Shown here: in pieces, positions 38,202 to 47,095 of the stretch | How positions within the stretch are numbered: the stretch's first letter is position 1 | How the letters are laid out: the number at the start of each line of letters is the position of its first letter | NCBI GenBank assembly: GCA_002396485.1 | Contig: DGXZ01000030.1 | Coordinates: 359-64,358, forward strand | Reading direction: 5' to 3' | DNA: 64,000 bases | DNA from: Spartobacteria bacterium UBA5019 | Lineage (GTDB): Bacteria > Verrucomicrobiota > Verrucomicrobiia > Chthoniobacterales > Terrimicrobiaceae | The notes under the pieces: generated by a model | Told to the model about the DNA's origin: nothing | The model's input: only the letters and a program-made list of their open reading frames with translations | Databases searched by the model: none | Position numbers and translations under genes: made by a program

Positions 38202-39712
38202 CAACCTTGGCGGCCTTCCGGCATGGTGATGCGCGCGGCTTCGCGGCTCACACGCAGCCACTCCATGAACAGCAGATCGCGTTTGTTGCGGAGCAGGCTT
38301 TCGCGAATCTGCGACTCCCGGGCGCCAAAGGCCATTTGATCGACTGGAGCACGGGACTGGAGCTGCGCGACAAAAGCACCCCAGGGGGCTCCTTCGAGGT
38401 TTGAAATCTCGCCTTCCTTGAGCAGAAGAGTGGAACCCGCGATGGCTTGGTTTTCGGGGGATGTCGATTCGGCGGCGGCTACCACATTTTTGATTTCCTC
38501 GACTTTGAGATTCTGCACGGCGGCGGCCTCGGTGAAGGATTTTCCTGCGGCAACGGCGGCGCGAAGGGCGTTTGCTGCGGATGTCGCATCGGCTGTAAAA
38601 ATCTGCTCGGCCTTCTGCGCGCGGAGTTGCGCTTCGATGCGCGGACGGGCCTCGTCGAGGGTGAGGGGACGGGCCGGATTTACGGTGGTGACTTCGATGA
38701 CATAAAAAGCATCTCCAGACTGGATCACATCGCTCGTCGCGCCTGTTTTGGGTATGAGGAATGTGGCGGGAACGATGTCGGACATGGTTTCCGCATTGAG
38801 GGCAGGGGATGGTTGGGCTGGGTTTCCCGTGCGGTCGAAAGCGGCAAGTTTGACGATCTTTGCGCCGGCCTTTGCGGCGAGTTGCTCAAGCGATGATCCT
38901 GCCTGCGCGAGGGAGTCAGTAAGCTCGCTGGCGGCATTGGCGAGCTTCTGGAGGGCATCGACCTTTTCCTTGCCCTCGAGCTTGGAGCCAGCAGGAAGCT
39001 CAAAAACCACGCAACTCGCCTCGCGTGTTTCATTCGTCAGCAGAGAGGATTGGTTTTGCTGGTAGATTGCGGAGACCTCCTCGGGTGAGACTTGGATTTT
39101 GTCCGCGTCCTTCATGCGTTCGAATTTCACGAAGCCTGCGGTGACTGGTTGGAAAGCGCGCGCCATCGCCTGCATCTCGCCTTCGCCGATGGCGGCGGGG
39201 GCTTCAACGATTTTGCTGAGAGCCTCAAGGCGTAGGGAGTCGCGGATCACATCCTCAAGCTGGCGCTCGGTGAATCCGCGCGGCGCGAGTTGTTCGCTCA
39301 CAAACTGTCCGTATTTCAGGGGGTCGAATTTTCCCGTGACTTGGAAAATGGGAATCTGCTTGATGCGGTTTGCTACCTGATCATCGGTGGGTTCGATACC
39401 GAGTTCGCGCGACTGGTGCTGCAGGACAAGAAGGTTCCAGACAAACTCAGTCAGGGCGCGATCCTGATCCTGTGCGGTTCCGCCGAGTTTTTGCAAAAGC
39501 TCGAATTGCCCGAGCGCGAGGGTGAGTTGGTAGTTTTTGACCTGACGGTCGATCGCAAGCGGAGTCAGTGACTTTCCGTAAATCGTCGGGTTCTTAATCG
39601 TGGCCAACTCGTCGAGTTGAGTCGTATTGTAGAGGAAAATAAATGCTACGATCGTCAAAACGGCCACCACCAGCATTAGGATCCGTTGATTTTTTCTGAG
39701 AACTTGAATCAT
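38201..39712 (-). CDS. Periplasmic chaperone PpiD-like (SurA N-terminal domain protein with degenerate parvulin region)
   Basis: N-terminal anchor MIQVLRKNQRILMLVVAVLTIVAFIF, a SurA-N-like region, and a length and layout typical of PpiD. Confidence 0.7.
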   Translation of the reverse strand: MIQVLRKNQRILMLVVAVLTIVAFIFLYNTTQLDELATIKNPTIYGKSLTPLAIDRQVKNYQLTLALGQFELLQKLGGTAQDQDRALTEFVWNLLVLQHQSRELGIEPTDDQVANRIKQIPIFQVTGKFDPLKYGQFVSEQLAPRGFTERQLEDVIRDSLRLEALSKIVEAPAAIGEGEMQAMARAFQPVTAGFVKFERMKDADKIQVSPEEVSAIYQQNQSSLLTNETREASCVVFELPAGSKLEGKEKVDALQKLANAASELTDSLAQAGSSLEQLAAKAGAKIVKLAAFDRTGNPAQPSPALNAETMSDIVPATFLIPKTGATSDVIQSGDAFYVIEVTTVNPARPLTLDEARPRIEAQLRAQKAEQIFTADATSAANALRAAVAAGKSFTEAAAVQNLKVEEIKNVVAAAESTSPENQAIAGSTLLLKEGEISNLEGAPWGAFVAQLQSRAPVDQMAFGARESQIRESLLRNKRDLLFMEWLRVSREAARITMPEGRQG

Positions 39713-39767
39713 AAAATTTGATGAAAATATTGATTAACGAGCCGAAAGGTATTAGAGATTCACGCCA

Positions 39768-40508
39768 ATGAAAGCAAGCATCCCCCGTCTCTGGTTCGTG
39801 GCCGCCGCTCTTTTGGTGACTCCTTTTTCTTTGATCAAGGCGCAGGATGTCGTCGTTCAAAAAGACGGCCAGCGGCGTGAGGGCGAGATCACAGGAGTCA
39901 AGGCCGATGCCATTCGCATCAAAATCGGGCCTGTCGAAACAGCCGTTCAATTGGCGAATGTTCAGTCTGTGGAAAAAGTGGCACCTGCCGATTTCGATGC
40001 CGCCAATGAATTCTGGCGAGCGGGCAACGCCGCTGGTGCGCTGGCCAAGCTCGAGCCGCTCACGCAGAAGTTCAGCGGCCTCCCCGCGCCATGGGCTGAG
40101 CGGGCAACCTCCCTGCTTCCCGAGTTGTATATCTCCCAAGGGCGTGCTGCCGATGCGGAGACGGCCTTCAAAAATTTCCAAAAACTTTACCCCGGCGCAG
40201 GCTCCTCCTCTGAGCTCTTGCTAGCCCGGCTTGCGATCGCCAAGAAGGATTTCGTTACCGCTCGTGCGAAGCTTGCGCCGATCGTCGAGGCTGCCAAGCA
40301 GACCAAGTTGCCGGCTGGAACCGATGCCGTGGCCATGAGCCAAGCACTCTGCCTTCTGGCCGAAATTCAGGAAGCCGACGGTGAAAAATCCGAGGCTCTC
40401 GGAAATTATCTTCTTGTCACAACCCTCTTCAAAAACGATCCATCTTCCGCAACTCGCGCCGCAACCCGCGCCGAGGCCCTCGAAAAAGAAAAAATCATCG
40501 TTCCCTGA
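39768..40508 (+). CDS. Secreted TPR-like protein, first gene of the Exb cluster
   Basis: Signal peptide, then helical-repeat sequence. It sits 23 nt upstream of exbB. Confidence 0.5.
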   Translation: MKASIPRLWFVAAALLVTPFSLIKAQDVVVQKDGQRREGEITGVKADAIRIKIGPVETAVQLANVQSVEKVAPADFDAANEFWRAGNAAGALAKLEPLTQKFSGLPAPWAERATSLLPELYISQGRAADAETAFKNFQKLYPGAGSSSELLLARLAIAKKDFVTARAKLAPIVEAAKQTKLPAGTDAVAMSQALCLLAEIQEADGEKSEALGNYLLVTTLFKNDPSSATRAATRAEALEKEKIIVP

Positions 40509-40531
40509 TTCTCCCAAATCCGATCAAACCC

Positions 40532-41434
40532 ATGCAAAAAACAAACTCAGTCATCCATCGCATCCTCCCGTTCTTCCTCCTGCTGGCATCTGGCCCCTTG
40601 ACCTATGCCGCAGACAAGACGCCAGATCAAATGAGCATCATCGAGACCATCCTCCACGGTGGTCCGCTGATCGTGATGATCTGGATATGTATTTTGGGCA
40701 CATCCATGATCTTGGTGACATTTACGATCCAGCTCTTCATGGCATTGCGTTCTGAAAACCTCGCGCCCAAAGCCCTCATGGAATCGCTGAATTCCACCAT
40801 ACAAGCTGGGAATTACCAAGAGGCTTGGGAAACCTGCAAAGCAAATAAGGCTTATGTAGCCAAAGTTCTCCAAGGTGCCCTTGAGCGTCTGGGCCGTGGT
40901 CAGGATGCCGTTCAAGGTGCTCTCATTGAGTACGGGCTGCGTCAAGCCCAGCCGATCAAAACAAAAATCAGCTACATTTCAGTCATTGGAGTTATTGCTC
41001 CCATGATCGGGTTGCTCGGAACAGTTATCGGAATGATGGGCGCTTTCGCCGTTCTCGGTTCCTCTGGTGTGGCTGACCCGCGAGGCCTCGCCCTCCGGAT
41101 CGGTGAGGTGCTTATGGCGACGGCCAGCGGTCTCTTCATAGCGATCCCAGCTTTCATTTTCTATTACTATTTCCGCAACCTCACCACGATCGTGGTTGGT
41201 CTCTCGGATGACAAACTCCAGCACCTCATGGCCGATGTGCCATTTGAGGAGTTGCATGGAATCATCATTGGTGATGGAGCGGATGGATCCTTCACGCCTC
41301 ACGCGGCTGCTTCCGGTGCCTCGCAAAAAATCGGGGCAGCCGCCGAAGCAAACTGTCCGGTTTGCAACGGTGCCATCTCTGTTGGAGAAACCCCTTGCCC
41401 TCATTGCGGATCGCCTATTGATTGGGGAACATAA
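40532..41434 (+). CDS. exbB: MotA/TolQ/ExbB proton-channel protein with C-terminal zinc-ribbon extension
   Basis: GVIAPMIGLLGTVIGMMGAF and ALRIGEVLMATASGLFIAIPA are ExbB/TolQ signatures. The tail is CPVCNGAISVGETPCPHCGSPIDW. Confidence 0.85.
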   Translation: MQKTNSVIHRILPFFLLLASGPLTYAADKTPDQMSIIETILHGGPLIVMIWICILGTSMILVTFTIQLFMALRSENLAPKALMESLNSTIQAGNYQEAWETCKANKAYVAKVLQGALERLGRGQDAVQGALIEYGLRQAQPIKTKISYISVIGVIAPMIGLLGTVIGMMGAFAVLGSSGVADPRGLALRIGEVLMATASGLFIAIPAFIFYYYFRNLTTIVVGLSDDKLQHLMADVPFEELHGIIIGDGADGSFTPHAAASGASQKIGAAAEANCPVCNGAISVGETPCPHCGSPIDWGT

Positions 41435-41447
41435 TTTCTCTTAAAAA

Positions 41448-41933
41448 ATGTCCGACGCAACCAATCCCCGCAGAAAGAAAAAGCCCGTCCGCAAGCCAGA
41501 ACACGAGCCCGAGCCCGAGTTCCAGATCGCTCCGATGATTGATATTCTTCTGGTCTTGCTCGTGTTCTTCATGTCCATCAGCTCGACGGAAGTGTTGCAG
41601 TCGAACAAGGAAATCAATCTCCCCATCGCTAAAGAAGCCAAGGAGGCCAAGGACAATCCCGGTCAGGTTATCATCAATGTCACCTACACAGCCATCAATG
41701 GCACGACAGCCATTGAGGTGGATCAAAAAGATTATGCCATGCCAGCTGAAATCGTTTCCATTCTTCAAAACAAGGTCAGCGTGAATCCCATGGTTCGTGT
41801 TCTGATCCGCGCCGATCGCGAGGTCCGCTATGACTACGTTCGGAAAGTTCTTGAGGCCGTTGGACAATCCGGGGTGGGTAATGTAACTTTCTCAGTAGTG
41901 GATAAAGACGCCAACGCTCCAGCAGCATCCTAA
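41448..41933 (+). CDS. exbD: ExbD/TolR biopolymer transport protein
   Basis: EFQIAPMIDILLVLLVFFM TM motif followed by a periplasmic domain. Confidence 0.85.
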   Translation: MSDATNPRRKKKPVRKPEHEPEPEFQIAPMIDILLVLLVFFMSISSTEVLQSNKEINLPIAKEAKEAKDNPGQVIINVTYTAINGTTAIEVDQKDYAMPAEIVSILQNKVSVNPMVRVLIRADREVRYDYVRKVLEAVGQSGVGNVTFSVVDKDANAPAAS

Positions 41934-42001
41934 TAACTCCCCATATGCAAATCGACACTCAAATCATTCAAAATCTTTCAACCGGAGGGCTGTTCTAAGC
42001 C

Positions 42002-42424
42002 ATGGGTGGAGGTGGTGTATCCGAAGACGGAGATCCGGGTTTTCAAATTGCCCCGATGGTAGATGTTGTATTCGTGCTTCTGCTGTTCTTCATGGCGTCA
42101 GCAGGATCTCAAGTTATTGAAAAAGAGCTAAATATCAGTCTTCCCAGTGGCCGCTCCGCTGGTGCTGCCGGAGCCGTTCCATCGACGCCGATCATCATCG
42201 ACATCCTGCCCGACGGCAAGGTCCAGATGAACAACAAAGTCTATGATTCTCCGCAGAGCCGGGAGCTGCCTGAGCTTAGGACTTGGCTCAAAGAGACGAT
42301 TGCAAAGTTCGGTGACAAGGATCCCGTGATTCTCCGGCCTGACCCCATGACGAAGCATGAGCGTGTCATGGATGTCCTCAACGCGGCCTCGGCGTCCGGC
42401 GTTACCAAACTCTCTTTCAGCTGA
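42002..42424 (+). CDS. exbD: ExbD/TolR biopolymer transport protein (second paralog)
   Basis: GFQIAPMVDVVFVLLLFFM followed by a periplasmic domain. Confidence 0.85.
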   Translation: MGGGGVSEDGDPGFQIAPMVDVVFVLLLFFMASAGSQVIEKELNISLPSGRSAGAAGAVPSTPIIIDILPDGKVQMNNKVYDSPQSRELPELRTWLKETIAKFGDKDPVILRPDPMTKHERVMDVLNAASASGVTKLSFS

Positions 42425-42433
42425 CGTTCGCCC

Positions 42434-43792
42434 GTGCGCGGCGCAAGGCATTCTTCGAACTCTCGCCGAAGAGTTCTTATTGTGTTATTTTTTTGTGCGC
42501 TGCTTGGATGTGCTGCGGTTTTCCTTTTCATCCAGATCGGACGCTTCGTGCATAGTCCGGAATTTTCCCATTTCATAGCCTCCCGTGCCGGAGCGGCATT
42601 GAAAGCGGAGGCCACGCTCCACCCCCTGCGCTGGGATGGCGATTCCGCGCTCAGTGAGAGTTTGATGATCATTGGCCACGAGTCGGCCGCACTGGATCGA
42701 TTGGAAGCCAAAGTTTTGCGTGCCCAATGGGACTGGCGTGCCCTGCTCTCGGGGGGGTGGAAAATCGAAAAAATTGAGATTCAGGCCCTCTCCGCCAACT
42801 TCAAAATGAAATCCGCAGCCGAGATAGACAACGCCCCTTCCGACTTTGCCAAGAACCCGGCGGCATCCTCATTCCTCGCCTCGTGGCTGCCTTCACGCTT
42901 CGAGTTCGGAGGCTTTGATGTGCGGAAGGCCGATCTGCGTTTCGGGGAAATTCAAAGCAACGGCCAGGCTCTCACAGTTCAACCTGTTGACGGGGGATAC
43001 AACATCGAGGCAAGGGGAGGTTCTCTTCTTATTCCCGGGCTGCCGCCTCTCGCGCACGCACAGAGTCGCATTCGCGAGCGTGAAGGCATTTACTACCTCG
43101 ACGATTCCCGTTTTTTTCTTCCCAGTGTCGGATCGGTTGTGGCATCGGGAAATACCGGCACGAAAGCGAGGTTGACGCTCGTCTGGGACGGCGTTCCAAT
43201 CGCTATGCTTCCTGTCACCAACTTGGCAAAATACGTCGACGGCACAAGTCAGGGGCAGGCCACACTTGATGCCCAAGGGGCCTGGCGTGGCAACATCAGC
43301 TTCACAGGTGCCCGCCTCCACGATCTGCCTCTGTTAAAAAACGCGGCCGCTTTTCTTCGCGATTCCTCTTGGAGCAATCCCTCGCTACAGAAACTCAGCA
43401 CCGACTTCGAATGGTCTGAGGGAAACCTGACGCTTACGAACCTCGTGATCGAATCCGCAGGCCTTGCCCGCATCGAGGGCAGCTTGCGCATTGCTCAAGA
43501 CAGCACTCTCTCCGGGCAACTCGAATTGGGCCTTGATTTCAACACTTTGAAATTGCTCCCCGGAGCACGGGAGACAGTCTTCGCCACCTCGCGCAATGGC
43601 TGGTACTGGTCCCCCGTCCAAATCGGAGGCTCAGTGTCCAATCCTAAGGAAGACCTCTCCCCCCGCCTCGCCGCATGCGTGGCCGGGGCTGTTCTTCTCA
43701 ACGAGAGCGGCAAGACGCTCGACGCCGTTCCCTCGACCGCCATCGACGCCGCCAAGGAACTCATCAATATGTTCACGCCCTTTCTCCCATGA
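42434..43792 (+). CDS. Hypothetical N-terminally anchored periplasmic protein, last gene of the Exb cluster
   Basis: 452-aa ORF with a GTG start and one N-terminal TM helix. The rest is predicted soluble and beta-rich. No motif recognised; any AsmA-like resemblance is only an impression. Confidence 0.45.
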   Translation: MRGARHSSNSRRRVLIVLFFCALLGCAAVFLFIQIGRFVHSPEFSHFIASRAGAALKAEATLHPLRWDGDSALSESLMIIGHESAALDRLEAKVLRAQWDWRALLSGGWKIEKIEIQALSANFKMKSAAEIDNAPSDFAKNPAASSFLASWLPSRFEFGGFDVRKADLRFGEIQSNGQALTVQPVDGGYNIEARGGSLLIPGLPPLAHAQSRIREREGIYYLDDSRFFLPSVGSVVASGNTGTKARLTLVWDGVPIAMLPVTNLAKYVDGTSQGQATLDAQGAWRGNISFTGARLHDLPLLKNAAAFLRDSSWSNPSLQKLSTDFEWSEGNLTLTNLVIESAGLARIEGSLRIAQDSTLSGQLELGLDFNTLKLLPGARETVFATSRNGWYWSPVQIGGSVSNPKEDLSPRLAACVAGAVLLNESGKTLDAVPSTAIDAAKELINMFTPFLP

Positions 43793-43808
43793 GGTCATTC
43801 TTTCGAGC

Positions 43809-43846
43809 CGACCAAAAATTTGGACGATCGTCCAAATTTTTGGTCG
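43809..43846. repeat. Perfect 38-nt palindrome CGACCAAAAATTTGGACGAT/ATCGTCCAAATTTTTGGTCG
   Basis: Read directly from the sequence. It starts 17 nt after the stop at 43792 and lies 128 nt upstream of thiD. No U-tract follows. Confidence 0.9.
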
Positions 43847-43973
43847 AACCGACTGGTCTGCCTTCCGCAAACACGCGAAATCCTACTTGGAATTTGGCGT
43901 CCATTTTCGCTGTGTGTGCCCTGTGTCCGTGGTTCATTTTGCTGGTTTTAAGAGAGTCTTTCTTCACGGCTTC

Positions 43974-44786
43974 ATGAAAAAACCACCTGTTGTTCTAACG
44001 ATTGCCGGATCGGATAATTCCTGCGGAGCGGGTGCGCAGGCTGATCTCAAGACGATCACGGCCCTTGGAGGTTATGCGCAAACCGCTATTACCTGTGTGG
44101 TGGCTGAGGTTCCCGGCCGGGTGGAGGCGATTCAGCCTGTGCGTCCAGATATTGTCGCGGCGCAGATTCGATTGAGTTTTGAAGCGTTTCCCGTGGCCGC
44201 TGTGAAGACCGGTATGTTGTTTTCCGCGCCGATCATCCGCGCGGTGGCTTCGACTTTGGCTGCCTCTAAAAAACTTCCGCCCATTGTGGTCGATCCCGTC
44301 ATGGTTGCATCCAGTGGCGATCGCTTGCTGAAGGCCTCCGCTGTGAGGGCTTATCAGGACTTGATTTTTCCCTTGGCGACTTTGGTGACCCCGAATCTTG
44401 ACGAGTTGCGAATACTCTCGGGCATGCCGTGCCGCGATCTCGATGAAATCAAGGCCGCAGGCGAAAGGCTTGTCGACCGGCATGGTTGCGCCTTTCTGCT
44501 GAAGGGGGGGCATCTTCGCGCAAAGACAGCGACGGATATTTTGGCCACGCGGGATGGGTTTGAAGTATTCGTTGCTCCGTTCCGCCGGGAAATTGATGCC
44601 CACGGCACGGGCTGCACTTTCTCGGCGGCCATAGCGACTTTTCTCTCAGCCGGATTGTCGCTTTCTGAATCGGTCGGCCGTGCAAAAAGATACATCACTC
44701 ATGCAATTGAAGAGCATTTGCGCTGGAAGCAAACGACCGCGCTGGAGCACCGCATGCAGCGGGTTCATCTGCCCGGCATGGATTGA
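43974..44786 (+). CDS. thiD: Hydroxymethylpyrimidine/phosphomethylpyrimidine kinase
   Basis: MKKPPVVLTIAGSDNSCGAGAQADLKT matches the ThiD N-terminus, and the C-terminal GTGCTFSAAIA is present. The upstream 126 codons of the ORF are rejected. Confidence 0.88.
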   Translation: MKKPPVVLTIAGSDNSCGAGAQADLKTITALGGYAQTAITCVVAEVPGRVEAIQPVRPDIVAAQIRLSFEAFPVAAVKTGMLFSAPIIRAVASTLAASKKLPPIVVDPVMVASSGDRLLKASAVRAYQDLIFPLATLVTPNLDELRILSGMPCRDLDEIKAAGERLVDRHGCAFLLKGGHLRAKTATDILATRDGFEVFVAPFRREIDAHGTGCTFSAAIATFLSAGLSLSESVGRAKRYITHAIEEHLRWKQTTALEHRMQRVHLPGMD

Positions 44787-45928
44787 AGCACGACCCCTTT
44801 CAGGTATTCGGTTTCTGGCAGCCCTAGGACCACGGGGTGGTCGAGCGGTTGGCCGATGCGGCGAATGAGCCTCATATTGCGTTTTGCGTCGTGAAGTCCT
44901 TCTGCAATTGCGCCCTCGAACTCATGGGACGCGACATGGTGCGAGCAGGAGAAGGAGACGAGTAATCCGTTTTTTGAAAGCAATGTGGCCGCCCGGGCGT
45001 GGAGGTCGCGATAGCCTCGCAGGGCCTCAGCGATTTTTCCCCGCGCTTTGGTGAAGGATGGCGGGTCGAGGATGATAAGATCGTATTCGGGTTTGTCGGG
45101 ACGGCGCAGGAAATCAAAAACATCTGCCTGTCTGGTTTCCACAGGGAGTCCATTGCGCGCCGCATTGGTGCGGAGGCGCGCCGAACTTTCGGTGCCGGAT
45201 TCGACAGCGGTGACATGGTCTGCACCCGCTCTGGCGCAGGCAAGGGCGAAGCCGCCTTGGTTTGAAAAGCAGTCCAGCACGGTCAGCCCGCGAGAAAGAG
45301 CCGCCACGATGCCGTAGGATTCGAGTTGGTCGAGGTAAAGACCGGTTTTGTGGCCGCCGAGGGGATCGACAAGGAATCGCACGCCTGAAGTCTCGACTTC
45401 CACCTCGCCGGGATTTTCCCCGGCCAAAATTCCTGTGACCGGCGGCAATCCTTCGGCCGTGCGCACGGGGGCATCGTTTCGCTCGATGACACATGCAGCG
45501 CCGGTTTTCTCCATCAGGATAGCGGCGATGGTTTCCTTGTGCCGATCCATGCCGGCTGTGAGTGTTTGAAGAACCACCACATTTCCATACCGGTCGGCAA
45601 TGACGCCGGGGAGTCCATCGCTTTCGCTCCAGATCAGTCGCCCCAAATCGCTGCGACAGCCCATGCGCTTGCGGTATTCGAGGGACTGCTCGATGCGGCG
45701 GCGGAAAAAATCTGTATCCAGATCCTGCCTCCGCCTGGAAAAGCGTCTCACGACGATTTGCGAACGCGAATTGTAGATGCCAACGCCAAGTAGGTGGTCG
45801 CGACCATCCTTGATGGAAACCACATCACCGTCTGCCGGGGCGCCGAAGGATTTTTGAATCTCGCTGGCATAGACCCAGTCATGCCCATGTAAAATCCGCG
45901 AACGTGGACGAACAATCACGCCGCTCAT
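44765..45928 (-). CDS. rlmI: Class I SAM-dependent 23S rRNA (cytosine-C5) methyltransferase RlmI-like
   Basis: PUA-like N-terminus (HGHDWVYASEI), SAM-binding VLDCFSNQGGFAL, and IILDPPSF. Confidence 0.8.
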   Translation of the reverse strand: MSGVIVRPRSRILHGHDWVYASEIQKSFGAPADGDVVSIKDGRDHLLGVGIYNSRSQIVVRRFSRRRQDLDTDFFRRRIEQSLEYRKRMGCRSDLGRLIWSESDGLPGVIADRYGNVVVLQTLTAGMDRHKETIAAILMEKTGAACVIERNDAPVRTAEGLPPVTGILAGENPGEVEVETSGVRFLVDPLGGHKTGLYLDQLESYGIVAALSRGLTVLDCFSNQGGFALACARAGADHVTAVESGTESSARLRTNAARNGLPVETRQADVFDFLRRPDKPEYDLIILDPPSFTKARGKIAEALRGYRDLHARAATLLSKNGLLVSFSCSHHVASHEFEGAIAEGLHDAKRNMRLIRRIGQPLDHPVVLGLPETEYLKGVVLQSMPGR

Positions 45929-46392
45929 GAGTTGGCCTCCTCTTTGCTTAAAAATTCCCAGTTAGAAAAAGTTGCCGCCTGTCCGGCATATTTGCCATGG
46001 GCGTCTGTGACATTCCACACCGTGGCTTGGCCGATTCGAAACCGGCGGCCTTTGCTCGAGATGCGAATGCCCGAGTAGTCGTCGATAAATCCCCGCTCCC
46101 TGACGCGCCGCAGGAATTCCGCCCGCTCGTCGCGGTGCATCGGCTCAGCCGTGAGTCGAGATGGAGTGCGCGTGAGCGTGTCCCAATCCATTTCCCAAAG
46201 ATCCAGCGCCGTCCTGTTGCCGTAGTTCAAAATCTGATCGCTCTCCGCACCGCCGGAGACCACTGCAAATGGTGCCTCAAAAAGCATCCTCGCGTCACGC
46301 TGTGCATCTCCGCAGGGTTTTATCAAGTGGCCTCCGGTCCAATGATGGTAGGTGCGCAGCAATTCCGCACCGTGAGTTTCTATAAAATCCAT
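45925..46392 (-). CDS. MEKHLA domain protein (PAS-like, stand-alone)
   Basis: LLRTYHHWTG, NYGNRTALDLWEMDW, GIRISSKGRRFRIGQATVWNV and GQAATFSNW match the MEKHLA pattern. Its stop overlaps the rlmI start by 4 nt. Confidence 0.75.
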   Translation of the reverse strand: MDFIETHGAELLRTYHHWTGGHLIKPCGDAQRDARMLFEAPFAVVSGGAESDQILNYGNRTALDLWEMDWDTLTRTPSRLTAEPMHRDERAEFLRRVRERGFIDDYSGIRISSKGRRFRIGQATVWNVTDAHGKYAGQAATFSNWEFLSKEEANS

Positions 46393-46483
46393 CGTGTGAG
46401 GCTATCCGCTTCGAAGACCTCTGACGACGGATTTTCCGATGCCGGGCTTGTCTCAGTGCAGGCGATGCGTTCAGATGCCCGAC

Positions 46484-46876
46484 ATGAAAAAACAACTCCG
46501 CGATGTTCCCGGTGGTCCCCCGGCCCTTGGTCCTTACTCTCTCGGCGTGGTGGCCGAGGGGAAATTCATCTTCGTCTCGGGCATGACTCCATGGGATCCC
46601 TTGACAGGGAAAATCGAGCGCGGATCGATCGCGCGCCAGACCGAACTCGTCCTTGAGAACATCAAAAAAGTCCTCGCCGCCGCCGGAGCAGGATTTGAAA
46701 ATGTGGTGAGCTCCCGTGTTTATCTTTCCGACCTCACGATTGAGAATTTCAAGGAGATGAATGAGGTTTACACCCGCTATTTCGGCGAGTCCGCGCCAGC
46801 TCGCGCCACGATCGGGGCACAACTTCCTGGCGACTTCGATGTCGAGATCGAGTGTGTGGCAAATCTTTTGGATTGA
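46484..46876 (+). CDS. ridA: RidA/YjgF family reactive-intermediate deaminase
   Basis: GPYSLGVV..FIFVSGM...LENIKKVLAAAG...SRVYL...PARATIGAQLP..VEIECVA. Confidence 0.88.
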   Translation: MKKQLRDVPGGPPALGPYSLGVVAEGKFIFVSGMTPWDPLTGKIERGSIARQTELVLENIKKVLAAAGAGFENVVSSRVYLSDLTIENFKEMNEVYTRYFGESAPARATIGAQLPGDFDVEIECVANLLD

Positions 46877-46921
46877 CGCTTTGATTTTCTCCCGTAGCAT
46901 CTCACCTCCAATTTTGAGATT

Positions 46922-47095
46922 ATGAAACGCACTTATCAGCCTTCCAAGCGCACGCGCAAGCAGCAGTTCGGTTTCCGTGCCCGTATGAAGACCAAATCCG
47001 GTCGGGCCATCCTGAATCGCCGCCGTCGCCATGGCCGCAAACGCCTGCTTCCAAAAGGTGTCGAGGTCCACTTCGCAAGACACACCGAAGCCTGA
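46922..47095 (+). CDS. rpmH: 50S ribosomal protein L34 (with about 13-aa C-terminal extension)
   Basis: Not in the ORF track (57 aa). Translated by hand: [57 protein letters not shown]. The canonical L34 core is followed by extra residues. Confidence 0.85.
   Translation: MKRTYQPSKRTRKQQFGFRARMKTKSGRAILNRRRRHGRKRLLPKGVEVHFARHTEA

Noticed and set aside
43793-43973. TPP riboswitch upstream of thiD.
   Set aside because: No CUGAGA or ACCUGAUCUGGAUAAUGCCAGCG-like core is visible. The spacer is dominated by the 38-nt palindrome instead.
43596-43973. A 126-codon N-terminal extension of thiD (ORF track start 43596) that overlaps the previous gene.
   Set aside because: The extension is Pro/Ser/Arg-rich, overlaps the end of the 42434-43792 ORF and spans the palindrome. 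The canonical ThiD N-terminus begins at ATG 43974.
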